From the IMG/VR virus record IMGVR_UViG_3300000103_000003, positions 11,643 to 75,642 of that record: a stretch of 64,000 nucleotides of DNA, one strand, 5' to 3'. The position numbers and the translations under genes are program-made. Below are positions 57,328-64,000 of the stretch, piece by piece (position 1 is the first letter of the stretch; every line of letters starts with the position of its first letter). The notes under the pieces were generated by a model, which saw only the letters and a list, made by a program, of their open reading frames with translations, was not told where the DNA came from and did no database searches. The DNA is from a virus.

Positions 57328-58914
57328 TTAATAATTTCCCCAAACTGGAGTAACATCAGCTGTAAATATCTGTACATTATCTGTATAAGAACGCTCGGTA
57401 AACTTCCTAAAACAATCCTTTAGTAAAGTACAACATGCCAGTTCTAAACAGTCATTCAAATGACCGAACTTCTCATACTTAACTTTAGCGTCGGCATCCC
57501 ATACCTTCTTCTTTTCCTTAGAACCATCCGGGTTCTTTTGTTGGTAAATCAAATCATCAATAAGTTTAAAGCACTTAGAATCTACCTCGATAGACCAACC
57601 TTCAAACTCATTCTCAAATATTTCATTTATCCATTCAACTCTGGTGGCTTGTGCTGGGGCTTTCTCCAGTAATTTTCTGGTAGGCATAAACCCAGCAAGG
57701 TTATTCAGAATAATCGAGTAATTCGTAACGTCTTCGGCTACCAGTGTGGATTTTTGATTTCCTGCTGGGTCTCCAGTAATGATTACGCTTCCTTCGTGTT
57801 CCATTTTTAAAAGAGCCTTATTAATCATCGCTGAATGTGCTGGCGTGTTTGCCTGTTTATTCTTTGGTGTTCCTAATAGTTCTTTCAAGACGTATAGTCT
57901 TCTCTTCTCCCAGTCTATCTGAATAAGTAAACAACTCATATATGGATATGTATTGAAGTCGAAAGATAATATTGCAGGTCTGTAATTATCATAAATACTC
58001 TCAAACAAATCATCTTTAAGATGTTTGGTATTGTCGAATCCTTTATAACAAACTAAATCAGACGCTTCAACATACCTCCAGTCTCCATACAATAAACGAC
58101 GCTTTTCTTTTTTATTCATTCGATTTAACGAACTTTCATACGTCGCTCTAAATGTCGGGTCTGGATTATCAAACAAACTAAACGGAACATAATAATCTCC
58201 GGTTTTACATACCTTATCCTGTCCATGTTCATCCAGAACAAACCTATCACGTACCCATGTGAGATTAGGGTTACAAGTCAATAACATTTTAGGAACTTTC
58301 AGTGTTTCCCATGTCATCCAACGAATACGAGAAAATAACGTTTCCACTGCGGTTTCGTCCAACTCGTCACACTCGTCACAGAACACTGCACCAATTTCCA
58401 AACCTCCTAAACGCGACCATGTGGGGTCTTGGGGGCTGGGTGATAATTCCTTCAATAGTACTTCCGAACCATTCCAGAAAGTTATCAGTCCTAATATGTC
58501 ATTGTGTGTATAATGTACGTCACGTTCTAAGCCCATCTGTTTGATGATTTTCCAGAACGTAACCATTGTACTCTCCCGGAGTACTTTGAGTGTCTTACGT
58601 GCGATTACAGACCTAAATCCAGACCACCGTAAAGAACATTCAATAATCCAGTTACAACCGATATAAGATTTTCCTCCTCCGGCTGAACCTCCACCCAATA
58701 TCATTTGAGGGATATTCTCGCTCTCACAACTGCTACACTGAAATTTGTATAGCTCTTCACCATTCTTATCGTAACCACGAATTACTTTAATTACTTCTCC
58801 ACCACAAAAAGGACAATTCTCATGCAATGCTTGCCAAAGTTCGTATTGTTTTTCTGATGGCTTGAAGGTGTAATTAAACTGCTTCGGTGGCTGTAACTGT
58901 ATCCGTTTCCCCAT
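57328..58914 (-). CDS. Terminase large subunit
   Basis: Walker A GGSAGGGKS, Walker B FCDECDE, LTCNP coupling motif, nuclease SFDFN, GDPAG, GHLND. Confidence 0.95.
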   Translation of the reverse strand: MGKRIQLQPPKQFNYTFKPSEKQYELWQALHENCPFCGGEVIKVIRGYDKNGEELYKFQCSSCESENIPQMILGGGSAGGGKSYIGCNWIIECSLRWSGFRSVIARKTLKVLRESTMVTFWKIIKQMGLERDVHYTHNDILGLITFWNGSEVLLKELSPSPQDPTWSRLGGLEIGAVFCDECDELDETAVETLFSRIRWMTWETLKVPKMLLTCNPNLTWVRDRFVLDEHGQDKVCKTGDYYVPFSLFDNPDPTFRATYESSLNRMNKKEKRRLLYGDWRYVEASDLVCYKGFDNTKHLKDDLFESIYDNYRPAILSFDFNTYPYMSCLLIQIDWEKRRLYVLKELLGTPKNKQANTPAHSAMINKALLKMEHEGSVIITGDPAGNQKSTLVAEDVTNYSIILNNLAGFMPTRKLLEKAPAQATRVEWINEIFENEFEGWSIEVDSKCFKLIDDLIYQQKNPDGSKEKKKVWDADAKVKYEKFGHLNDCLELACCTLLKDCFRKFTERSYTDNVQIFTADVTPVWGNY

Positions 58915-59350
58915 TATAAATATATCCTTCTGGCAGTTTAGCCTTTAAATTTTCAATTCTGGATTTCAGTCTTTTAATTGTGTGAATGATGTTATTAATA
59001 TGTTGCTCTTGTGTAACAACTTTTTCTACATCATCAGCCCCAAATTCAACACCTTCTTTCTTAGCCCATTTTTTTAACAGAGCCATATAATTCCTTCCCG
59101 GAACATGCTCTTCTAACGGTACAAATTCCCGTTTATAATCCAACTCAAAACCTTTGACGGTTTTATGACTTACCTTTTTAGCTAAAACCTTAGCTACGGT
59201 ACTGCGGTCATATCTACATGCTTTACACATGAAGTATATTGAAGCCCAGACCCTTATAATCCTTCCGTTCTTAATCTGAACGATTGCTTTTCTTGGTTTT
59301 CTCCCTTTACCTGTATATTCGGGAACACCTTTGTTGTCTTTTCTTTTCAT
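58874..59350 (-). CDS. NUMOD1/HTH-like basic DNA-binding protein (candidate small terminase)
   Basis: KAIVQIKNGRIIRVWASI...DRSTVAKVL...KGFEL; directly upstream of the large terminase. Confidence 0.55.
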   Translation of the reverse strand: MKRKDNKGVPEYTGKGRKPRKAIVQIKNGRIIRVWASIYFMCKACRYDRSTVAKVLAKKVSHKTVKGFELDYKREFVPLEEHVPGRNYMALLKKWAKKEGVEFGADDVEKVVTQEQHINNIIHTIKRLKSRIENLKAKLPEGYIYNGETDTVTATEAV

Positions 59351-59373
59351 CTTTTTAATATTAAGTTTTACCT

Positions 59374-59407
59374 TTAAGAATAGATGAAAATATGTGGTAA
59401 ATGTTTA
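59374..59407 (-). promoter_or_regulatory. Putative phage late promoter for the terminase operon
   Basis: TAAACATT-N16-CTATTCTTAA, about 24 nt upstream of the ATG. Confidence 0.7.
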
Positions 59408-59451
59408 AACGTTCATCAATCTGGTGTGTTCATTTGAACTGAACATAACAA

Positions 59452-59488
59452 AAAAGTGAACAGAGAATTGCTCCCCTGCTCACTTCAA
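59452..59488 (-). terminator. Intrinsic terminator
   Basis: AAGTGAGCAGGG...CTCTGTTCACTTTTTT on the minus strand. Confidence 0.7.
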
Positions 59489-59507
59489 AATTTAAAACTA
59501 TGATATG

Positions 59508-59732
59508 TTATTCCTGAAATAATTGTTCCCAAAGTTTAACGCCAATCAAAAATGGCATAAACACCCCAGCTACAAAGCCATTCAATATTGCTTCTTTTTT
59601 CAATATCCCTTTTTTGCACAATACTGTGTCAAATTCCGCATAACCAAACCCGGTTGCAATACAGATATAAATTCCTATAAAAAATCCCATAATAATTATT
59701 GTTTTTAATGAATAATTTGTGTCATAATTCAT
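59508..59732 (-). CDS. Small membrane protein
   Basis: Two hydrophobic segments. Confidence 0.65.
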   Translation of the reverse strand: MNYDTNYSLKTIIIMGFFIGIYICIATGFGYAEFDTVLCKKGILKKEAILNGFVAGVFMPFLIGVKLWEQLFQE

Positions 59733-60030
59733 ATTTACTGTTTAATTCGCTTTCGTATATACTTTCAAATTCACTTTCGTCATCTCTTTGTGATGTTCTT
59801 TTAGATGATTCTTCAAGTTCATTTGCGATTTCAGCCATCCAGTCATAAAACCCTAATGCTAATTTCCTCCAAGTGTTAGGAGGAGTATTTGAATTTTCTA
59901 ATTCTTTTCTGGAAAGAGCATGAAACACTTCCTGTGCTTTATTGATATTATCATCTTTAAAGACAATGTCTCGGATGGCTTCAAGAGTACTTTGGTCGTA
60001 ATATAGCTGTAAAACTGAATCTTTAGTCAT
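59722..60030 (-). CDS. Acidic hypothetical protein
   Basis: ORF track; downstream of a promoter. Confidence 0.75.
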   Translation of the reverse strand: MTKDSVLQLYYDQSTLEAIRDIVFKDDNINKAQEVFHALSRKELENSNTPPNTWRKLALGFYDWMAEIANELEESSKRTSQRDDESEFESIYESELNSKYEL

Positions 60031-60058
60031 AATTTTCTTTTTTAATTAATACTGGCTG

Positions 60059-60090
60059 CAAATATACAAAAAATATATGATATAGCCAAA
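60059..60090 (-). promoter_or_regulatory. Primary-sigma promoter
   Basis: TTTG-N20-TATATTTG. Confidence 0.8.
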
Positions 60091-60243
60091 TATAATTGAA
60101 GAAAAAATACAAAAAATAACCGCGCATCTCTCGACGGGCGGTTATCACATTATTAAACTTTTAAATTAAATTTTATAATAAAACAAAAAAACATCCCGTC
60201 TCACGACGATATTAAACAACCTTTTTTATGAAAAACTCTTTAG

Positions 60244-60315
60244 TTGCGAGCTGGGGAATCGAACCCCATACCATAAGATAATGAGCCTTACATGCAACCG
60301 GTACACCTGCTCGCG
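60244..60315 (-). tRNA. tRNA-Met (CAT), initiator-like C1:A72 mismatch, atypical anticodon arm
   Basis: CGCGAGC/GCTCGCA acceptor, TGGGG-TTCGATT-CCCCA T arm, TAAGG-CTCATTA-TCTTA anticodon arm; CCA not encoded. Confidence 0.88.
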
Positions 60316-60318
60316 ATA

Positions 60319-60519
60319 TTATTCTTTTATATACAATCGACAATGACAAACATCATTTTCACGATAATCTGAACATGGACAATTTTTATCTTTAGAGTTA
60401 TTATGACATGGACATTCACCTTTACATCGTGCAATACCTCTAAGGATGCCATTGACAACCTTATCATTAGGGTTCAACACCCAGCCGGGTTTACGATAAA
60501 TGTAGAACATATCTGTCAT
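60319..60519 (-). CDS. Ferredoxin-thioredoxin reductase catalytic-subunit-like protein
   Basis: LNPND..V..I...CPC...CPC...CHC..Y, complete motif set. Confidence 0.85.
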   Translation of the reverse strand: MTDMFYIYRKPGWVLNPNDKVVNGILRGIARCKGECPCHNNSKDKNCPCSDYRENDVCHCRLYIKE

Positions 60520-60650
60520 AATTTTATATTAGTTTCGATAAGCCCCCAGCAGTTTCTAATGTTACTTACTGGAGGCGAGGGTCACAGGCTCCACGCCTAT
60601 GAGGGGTTTCTTAACCTTAGACTTTGAATCAGGGAGAATAAGGTATTGGG

Positions 60651-60722
60651 TTGGTTTAGAGGGATTTGAACCCACAGCCTCCACCGTATCAGGGTGTTGC
60701 TCCACCGTTGAGCTATAAACCA
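60651..60722 (-). tRNA. tRNA-Ile (GAT)
   Basis: TGGTTTA/TAAACCA acceptor, GCTC/GAGC D stem, CTGATAC loop, GGTTCAAATCC T arm. Confidence 0.92.
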
Positions 60723-60793
60723 GTCGCAGAGCGCGAGTACATTCGCCGTGTGTCGCGTTCCGAACCCAGTTCTCTTTGGAGAATGGGAGATAT

Positions 60794-60836
60794 AAAAAAC
60801 CCAGTTATTTGAGCATTGTTAAGAGGCTTTCCGGGT
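60794..60836 (-). terminator. Terminator-like stem enclosing a boxA-like sequence
   Basis: ACCCGG-AAAGCCTCTTAACAATGCTCAAATAA-CTGGGT-TTTTT. Confidence 0.45.
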
Positions 60837-60842
60837 ATGTTG

Positions 60843-60910
60843 TGGGGAAGGAGATTACAACATCTCTCCCAGCGACTTAGGTATTCTAATCGTAATTAGA
60901 CCATTTCCCA
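60843..60910 (-). ncRNA. Cloverleaf-like non-tRNA element
   Basis: GGGAA/TTCCC closing stem with three hairpins (TCTAAT/ATTAGA, CCTA/TGGG, GAGAT/ATCTC); no canonical T or anticodon loop. Confidence 0.45.
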
Positions 60911-61005
60911 ATTTAAAATGACTAATACACAGTTCTTCGGGATGTATATTAGTTCTATACTCGAAGTTCCTTACTGGTGTGCTATTTGAGCGTTAAGGAA
61001 CATAT

Positions 61006-61079
61006 TGGGGAGGATAACGGATTCAAACCGCTATTTGTGCCGAAATCCAGCACCGTCCTATCAATTAGACGAATCCCCC
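61006..61079 (-). tRNA. tRNA-like gene with an aberrant anticodon loop (undetermined or pseudo)
   Basis: GGGGGAT/ATCCTCC acceptor, GTC-TAATTGATAG-GAC D arm, AGCGG-TTTGAAT-CCGTT T arm; anticodon loop GGATTTC lacks U33 and purine 37. Confidence 0.7.
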
Positions 61080-61082
61080 AAA

Positions 61083-61137
61083 TAGGGGCAGAACGCCCCC
61101 TAATCTCCGTCTCGGAGAAAAACCGATGACATCGGTT
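61083..61137 (-). ncRNA. Three adjacent short hairpins
   Basis: TAGGGG..CCCCTA, TCTCCG/CGGAGA and AACCGAT/ATCGGTT back to back. Confidence 0.5.
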
Positions 61138-61196
61138 ATGTAAGCTGGCACTGGAAAGGGATGTGACCCCACTATGCTCTTATGCTTTCATCGTAT

Positions 61197-61230
61197 CTAA
61201 GAATAGAGATATTTAATACTGAAAAGTTTA
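61197..61230 (-). promoter_or_regulatory. Putative phage late promoter for the RNA cluster
   Basis: TAAACTTT-N16-CTATTCTTAG. Confidence 0.65.
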
Positions 61231-61911
61231 AACTTGTTCTGGAATCGCAAACACTTTATTGTTTTCAAGAATACTCTGAATATTCTCATGTGTCACTAAT
61301 TTAGACAAAAATTCAGAGGCTTTTTGAAACTGGGTTTGTACATCCTGTAAGTTCTTATGTGCTGCTTCGGAATAATCTATCAAAGTGGCTTTACTATAAG
61401 CACTATGATGACTTAATTTCGCCCATCCAGAATAATTATCATACTTAATTCCGTATTGACCTCTTGGTACGTGTACGTCTTCGTTCCATTTTTCGGCATT
61501 ATAATGCGTTATGCGACCATCAATATTGATTTCAATAAGAACCTTAAACGAGAACCCAATCGCGTCAATATCGCCAGACATTCGGCTTAAATGAAGAGGG
61601 TTGTGTGTTCCCGTTAATAACGGATTCCATTCTCCATCTGGTAACTTGCAATATGCTCCGTTTGCCTTGAAGTCTATCCACAGTTTTATACAATGTGATG
61701 TTTTGGCATTTTTATAAGCTATGAAAGCATCCGTAACTACTTTTTCCAGTGCTGGAAGTGTAGTTGTTTCTAATGTTTTAGGGTCTACTCCCATTTTTTG
61801 AGCAATCGCAAAAGGCATAGAGCAAGTAAATACTCCTCCAGTAGAACACTTAAAGTCTATTGGATATTCCGTGCCTTCAAACTCATACTTAACTGTTTTT
61901 ATTTTTGCCAT
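61228..61911 (-). CDS. Hypothetical protein
   Basis: ORF track, 227 aa. Confidence 0.8.
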   Translation of the reverse strand: MAKIKTVKYEFEGTEYPIDFKCSTGGVFTCSMPFAIAQKMGVDPKTLETTTLPALEKVVTDAFIAYKNAKTSHCIKLWIDFKANGAYCKLPDGEWNPLLTGTHNPLHLSRMSGDIDAIGFSFKVLIEINIDGRITHYNAEKWNEDVHVPRGQYGIKYDNYSGWAKLSHHSAYSKATLIDYSEAAHKNLQDVQTQFQKASEFLSKLVTHENIQSILENNKVFAIPEQV

Positions 61912-62150
61912 ATTATTGTATCTAATTGTTTAACTACTTTTGTGCCATCTGGGTAATGGTAGTGATAATAATGTGTCTCTTTTGATGTATGTTTGTAAAG
62001 TTCTCTTTCTCTATGAATAGAAGTCACAAACATTGCAAATAACAGGCTTGCAAAACAAGCAAATATCATATACGCCATGAATTTACTTGTTTGCGAAGAG
62101 CCTATTTTGTGAGACATATAGTTATTAATTTTAGGACTTAATCCTTCCAT
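61899..62150 (-). CDS. Small membrane protein
   Basis: Start adjusted to the TAATG overlap at 62150; one TM segment. Confidence 0.65.
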   Translation of the reverse strand: MEGLSPKINNYMSHKIGSSQTSKFMAYMIFACFASLLFAMFVTSIHRERELYKHTSKETHYYHYHYPDGTKVVKQLDTIIWQK

Positions 62151-62629
62151 TACCAACTTTTTGTTGTTTGGCGAATCTCTTCTGCGATTGGTAATTGCAT
62201 AGATTGAACCGGAATAAACCATTCAGTTTCGCCTTGATAAGCACCACCGATAAGATTACACCATGCACCAACAACCCAGCCTTTGTCATTTTTAACTTCC
62301 GTATTTACATACGCCTGTCTGTTTATCAAATCATTTAATTTCAGGTCTGATAACTCATGGCTCGGCATGATTGTAATGGTTTTCTTTTCGTACTTGATTA
62401 CCGGGCGTTCTTTTGGTTTGCGAGGCTGGATGTAAAGTTTACAACCACACTTAGAAGTTTCACGATATACCTTACATGGACATCTGTGGTCTTCTGGAGA
62501 ACCGTCTTTTCTAATGTCCGATATTCGCGGACAAAAGCCGTAATTAGCCTTGATTTTAAATCTTAACTCTTCAACAAAGAATTTATCAGGGTTAAGAAAT
62601 GTTCCTTTTACTGGAATTGTCTGTGTCAT
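62150..62629 (-). CDS. Divergent FTR-catalytic-like domain fused to an SH3-like domain
   Basis: LNPD...CPR...CPC...CGC..Y, then LKLNDLINRQAYV...GETEWFIP. Confidence 0.7.
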   Translation of the reverse strand: MTQTIPVKGTFLNPDKFFVEELRFKIKANYGFCPRISDIRKDGSPEDHRCPCKVYRETSKCGCKLYIQPRKPKERPVIKYEKKTITIMPSHELSDLKLNDLINRQAYVNTEVKNDKGWVVGAWCNLIGGAYQGETEWFIPVQSMQLPIAEEIRQTTKSW

Positions 62630-62659
62630 AATAATGTTTTTTAATGTTTGAATAAAGTG

Positions 62660-62691
62660 CAAATATATACATAATATTTGACACCGCCAAA
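62660..62691 (-). promoter_or_regulatory. Primary-sigma promoter
   Basis: TTTG-N20-TATATTTG. Confidence 0.8.
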
Positions 62692-62711
62692 TTATTTGAG
62701 TTAAATTTTAT

Positions 62712-63623
62712 TTAAACTCCAAATATCATTGGCATGTGACGTTTTACCGTAGCGTCACATAGATATTTTAAACGCTTGAAATCAATCTTTGGGTTCTTAT
62801 GCTCCTTTACAAAGTTCCATGCTTCTTCGGCAACCAAACAATGGAATATTGTATTGAGTAATCTCGGAATGTACTGTTGTCTCCAGCCTTCACATTCTGT
62901 TACAATCTTACTGTGTTCCTTTTCACACAGGGCTTGTGTAACATATTTTTCGGCAATCTTTTCTTCAACTGTAATTGCATCCTGAATTTCTTGTGGCATA
63001 GCCTTAGCGTGCTTTGTTTTAAATTCAGCAGTAACAATTTTAGCCCATGTTTGACGACCGTATTTGTTTCGGAACTCGTAGTTCTTAATTACAATTCCTT
63101 CACCGATTCCAGAACCTTCTTTGATAAGATATTGGTTATGTTCTATACAAGCAAGAATCTTTTCATAACTGGGGTTCTTGATGATTGCTACTGGAGGAAT
63201 AAATTCAATGCCGTATTTATCCAGTATTTTTGAATAAATCTCGTATGATGCAAGACATGGGATTTTAACTTCGTTAAGAGCTACGTCGAACACATAGAAC
63301 TGTCTCCATGCACTGTCATTATAGGTCTTTAAGCTATGTGGAACTAACCATTCTCCATAAAGCCTTGCATACGGATAATCCTTAAAGAACTCTTTGAACT
63401 GGGGTTGTGTAGCTACCCACTCCCGGAATCCGGCATTATCGTCTTGTCCGGGTTCTGATAAGTCACGTTTACGACTTCCTGTTGATACATTACCATCTTC
63501 CCCCTCCCAGATTGAACCATTAGTTCCGTCTATTTTAGGGAAAATATAACAAGTGCCTATGTCGATACCCTCTACTTCATCAGTACCGAATCTCTCCACA
63601 TGTTGATACTTTTTAAATTCCAT
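62712..63623 (-). CDS. RNA ligase, Rnl2 family
   Basis: PKIDGTN (motif I), LYGEW (III), FYVFDV (IIIa), GEGIVIKN (IV), WAKIV (V). Confidence 0.88.
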   Translation of the reverse strand: MEFKKYQHVERFGTDEVEGIDIGTCYIFPKIDGTNGSIWEGEDGNVSTGSRKRDLSEPGQDDNAGFREWVATQPQFKEFFKDYPYARLYGEWLVPHSLKTYNDSAWRQFYVFDVALNEVKIPCLASYEIYSKILDKYGIEFIPPVAIIKNPSYEKILACIEHNQYLIKEGSGIGEGIVIKNYEFRNKYGRQTWAKIVTAEFKTKHAKAMPQEIQDAITVEEKIAEKYVTQALCEKEHSKIVTECEGWRQQYIPRLLNTIFHCLVAEEAWNFVKEHKNPKIDFKRLKYLCDATVKRHMPMIFGV

Positions 63624-63625
63624 TT

Positions 63626-63829
63626 TTAAACATTGTTTATTTCGTTAATGACTGTGTCTGCGGTTGTTATTGCTGTTTTGGTTATTTCGCCATAAGACAT
63701 ACCTTCGTATGCTGAATTTGCCAGTACGCCTTGCATAGCCATAGCAATAAAGTATTCTCGTTTAGTTAATCCATTTGCTCCAAAAGCAAGCATATCTGGA
63801 TTAATTTTGTTGTTACATTTGTTTGCCAT
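63626..63829 (-). CDS. Conserved small phage protein
   Basis: GLTKREYFIAMAMQG...ADTVI family pattern. Confidence 0.8.
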   Translation of the reverse strand: MANKCNNKINPDMLAFGANGLTKREYFIAMAMQGVLANSAYEGMSYGEITKTAITTADTVINEINNV

Positions 63830-63835
63830 AATATA

Positions 63836-64000
63836 TTAATGATTATATAATAGTTCAAACTCTTCTTTTCGCCTGTTTTTAATTGATTTGACAGGTCTTT
63901 GTTTGTAATAGTGATATTGTATATATTGTTGGTAAATGTCGCGATTTCCGGCTTTTAAACGCTTATATAATTCACTTTTTAATATTTTGGTAGACCCTAC
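63836..64000 (-). CDS. C-terminal fragment of a GH24-like phage lysozyme (5' part outside the window)
   Basis: Hand-translated ...LYKRLKAGNRDIYQQYIQYHYYKQRPVKSIKNRRKEEFELLYNH*; the RRxxE..L end is typical of lysozymes. Confidence 0.7.
   Translation of the reverse strand, partial: VGSTKILKSELYKRLKAGNRDIYQQYIQYHYYKQRPVKSIKNRRKEEFELLYNH

Noticed and set aside
60403-60627. Plus-strand ORF over the FTR-like gene and RNA leader
   Set aside because: Antisense to a motif-supported gene and structured RNA.
61141-61196. Possible further tRNA at the start of the RNA cassette
   Set aside because: Only a T-arm-like hairpin and a ...GCCA end are visible, with no acceptor or D-arm pairing.
1-64000. Stop-codon reassignment (as in some gut phages)
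   Set aside because: Long genes are intact in the standard code, TAG and TGA both end genes, and there is no suppressor tRNA.
1-64000. Diversity-generating retroelement, retron, intron or intein
   Set aside because: No reverse transcriptase, no adenine-variable repeat pair, and no interruptions in thyA, ligA or terminase beyond small inserts.

Overview
This AT-rich window (roughly one-third G+C) is an internal segment of a large tailed dsDNA phage or prophage. The host is most likely a Bacteroidota (Bacteroidales-type) bacterium, since about ten promoters match the host TTTG-N19/20-TAnnTTTG consensus. Layout: (i) 1-19.8 kb, minus-strand morphogenesis cluster with contractile-tail genes (tail fibres, spike, hub, tape measure, chaperone with a -1 frameshift, tube, sheath) and Mu-like head genes (capsid, ClpP-type protease/scaffold, MuF, portal); (ii) 19.9-20.8 kb, control region with a 20-bp-phased repeat array; (iii) 20.8-31.3 kb, plus-strand module (amidase, KilA-type proteins, dUTPase, NAD-dependent ligase, Rha, short tyrosine recombinase, Tad2-like protein, nucleotidyltransferase, HAD, MazG-like); (iv) 31.3-33.9 kb, small minus-strand genes including a metallophosphoesterase; (v) 34-36.9 kb, a 3-kb noncoding region with many copies of a 25-bp dyad; (vi) 36.9-56.2 kb, about 50 small plus-strand early-type genes, then an HD hydrolase, thyA and RNase H; (vii) 56.2-64 kb, minus strand: neck protein, terminase, a dense tRNA/tRNA-like RNA cluster flanked by two ferredoxin-thioredoxin-reductase-like genes, an Rnl2-type RNA ligase and a partial lysozyme. 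The strongest unexplained signals are a bipartite phage-specific late promoter (also found inside the protease gene and antisense inside ligA), tRNA-like mini-structures ahead of the first early genes, the RNA cluster, and two repeat arrays. All family assignments come from motif recognition by eye; no database search was run.
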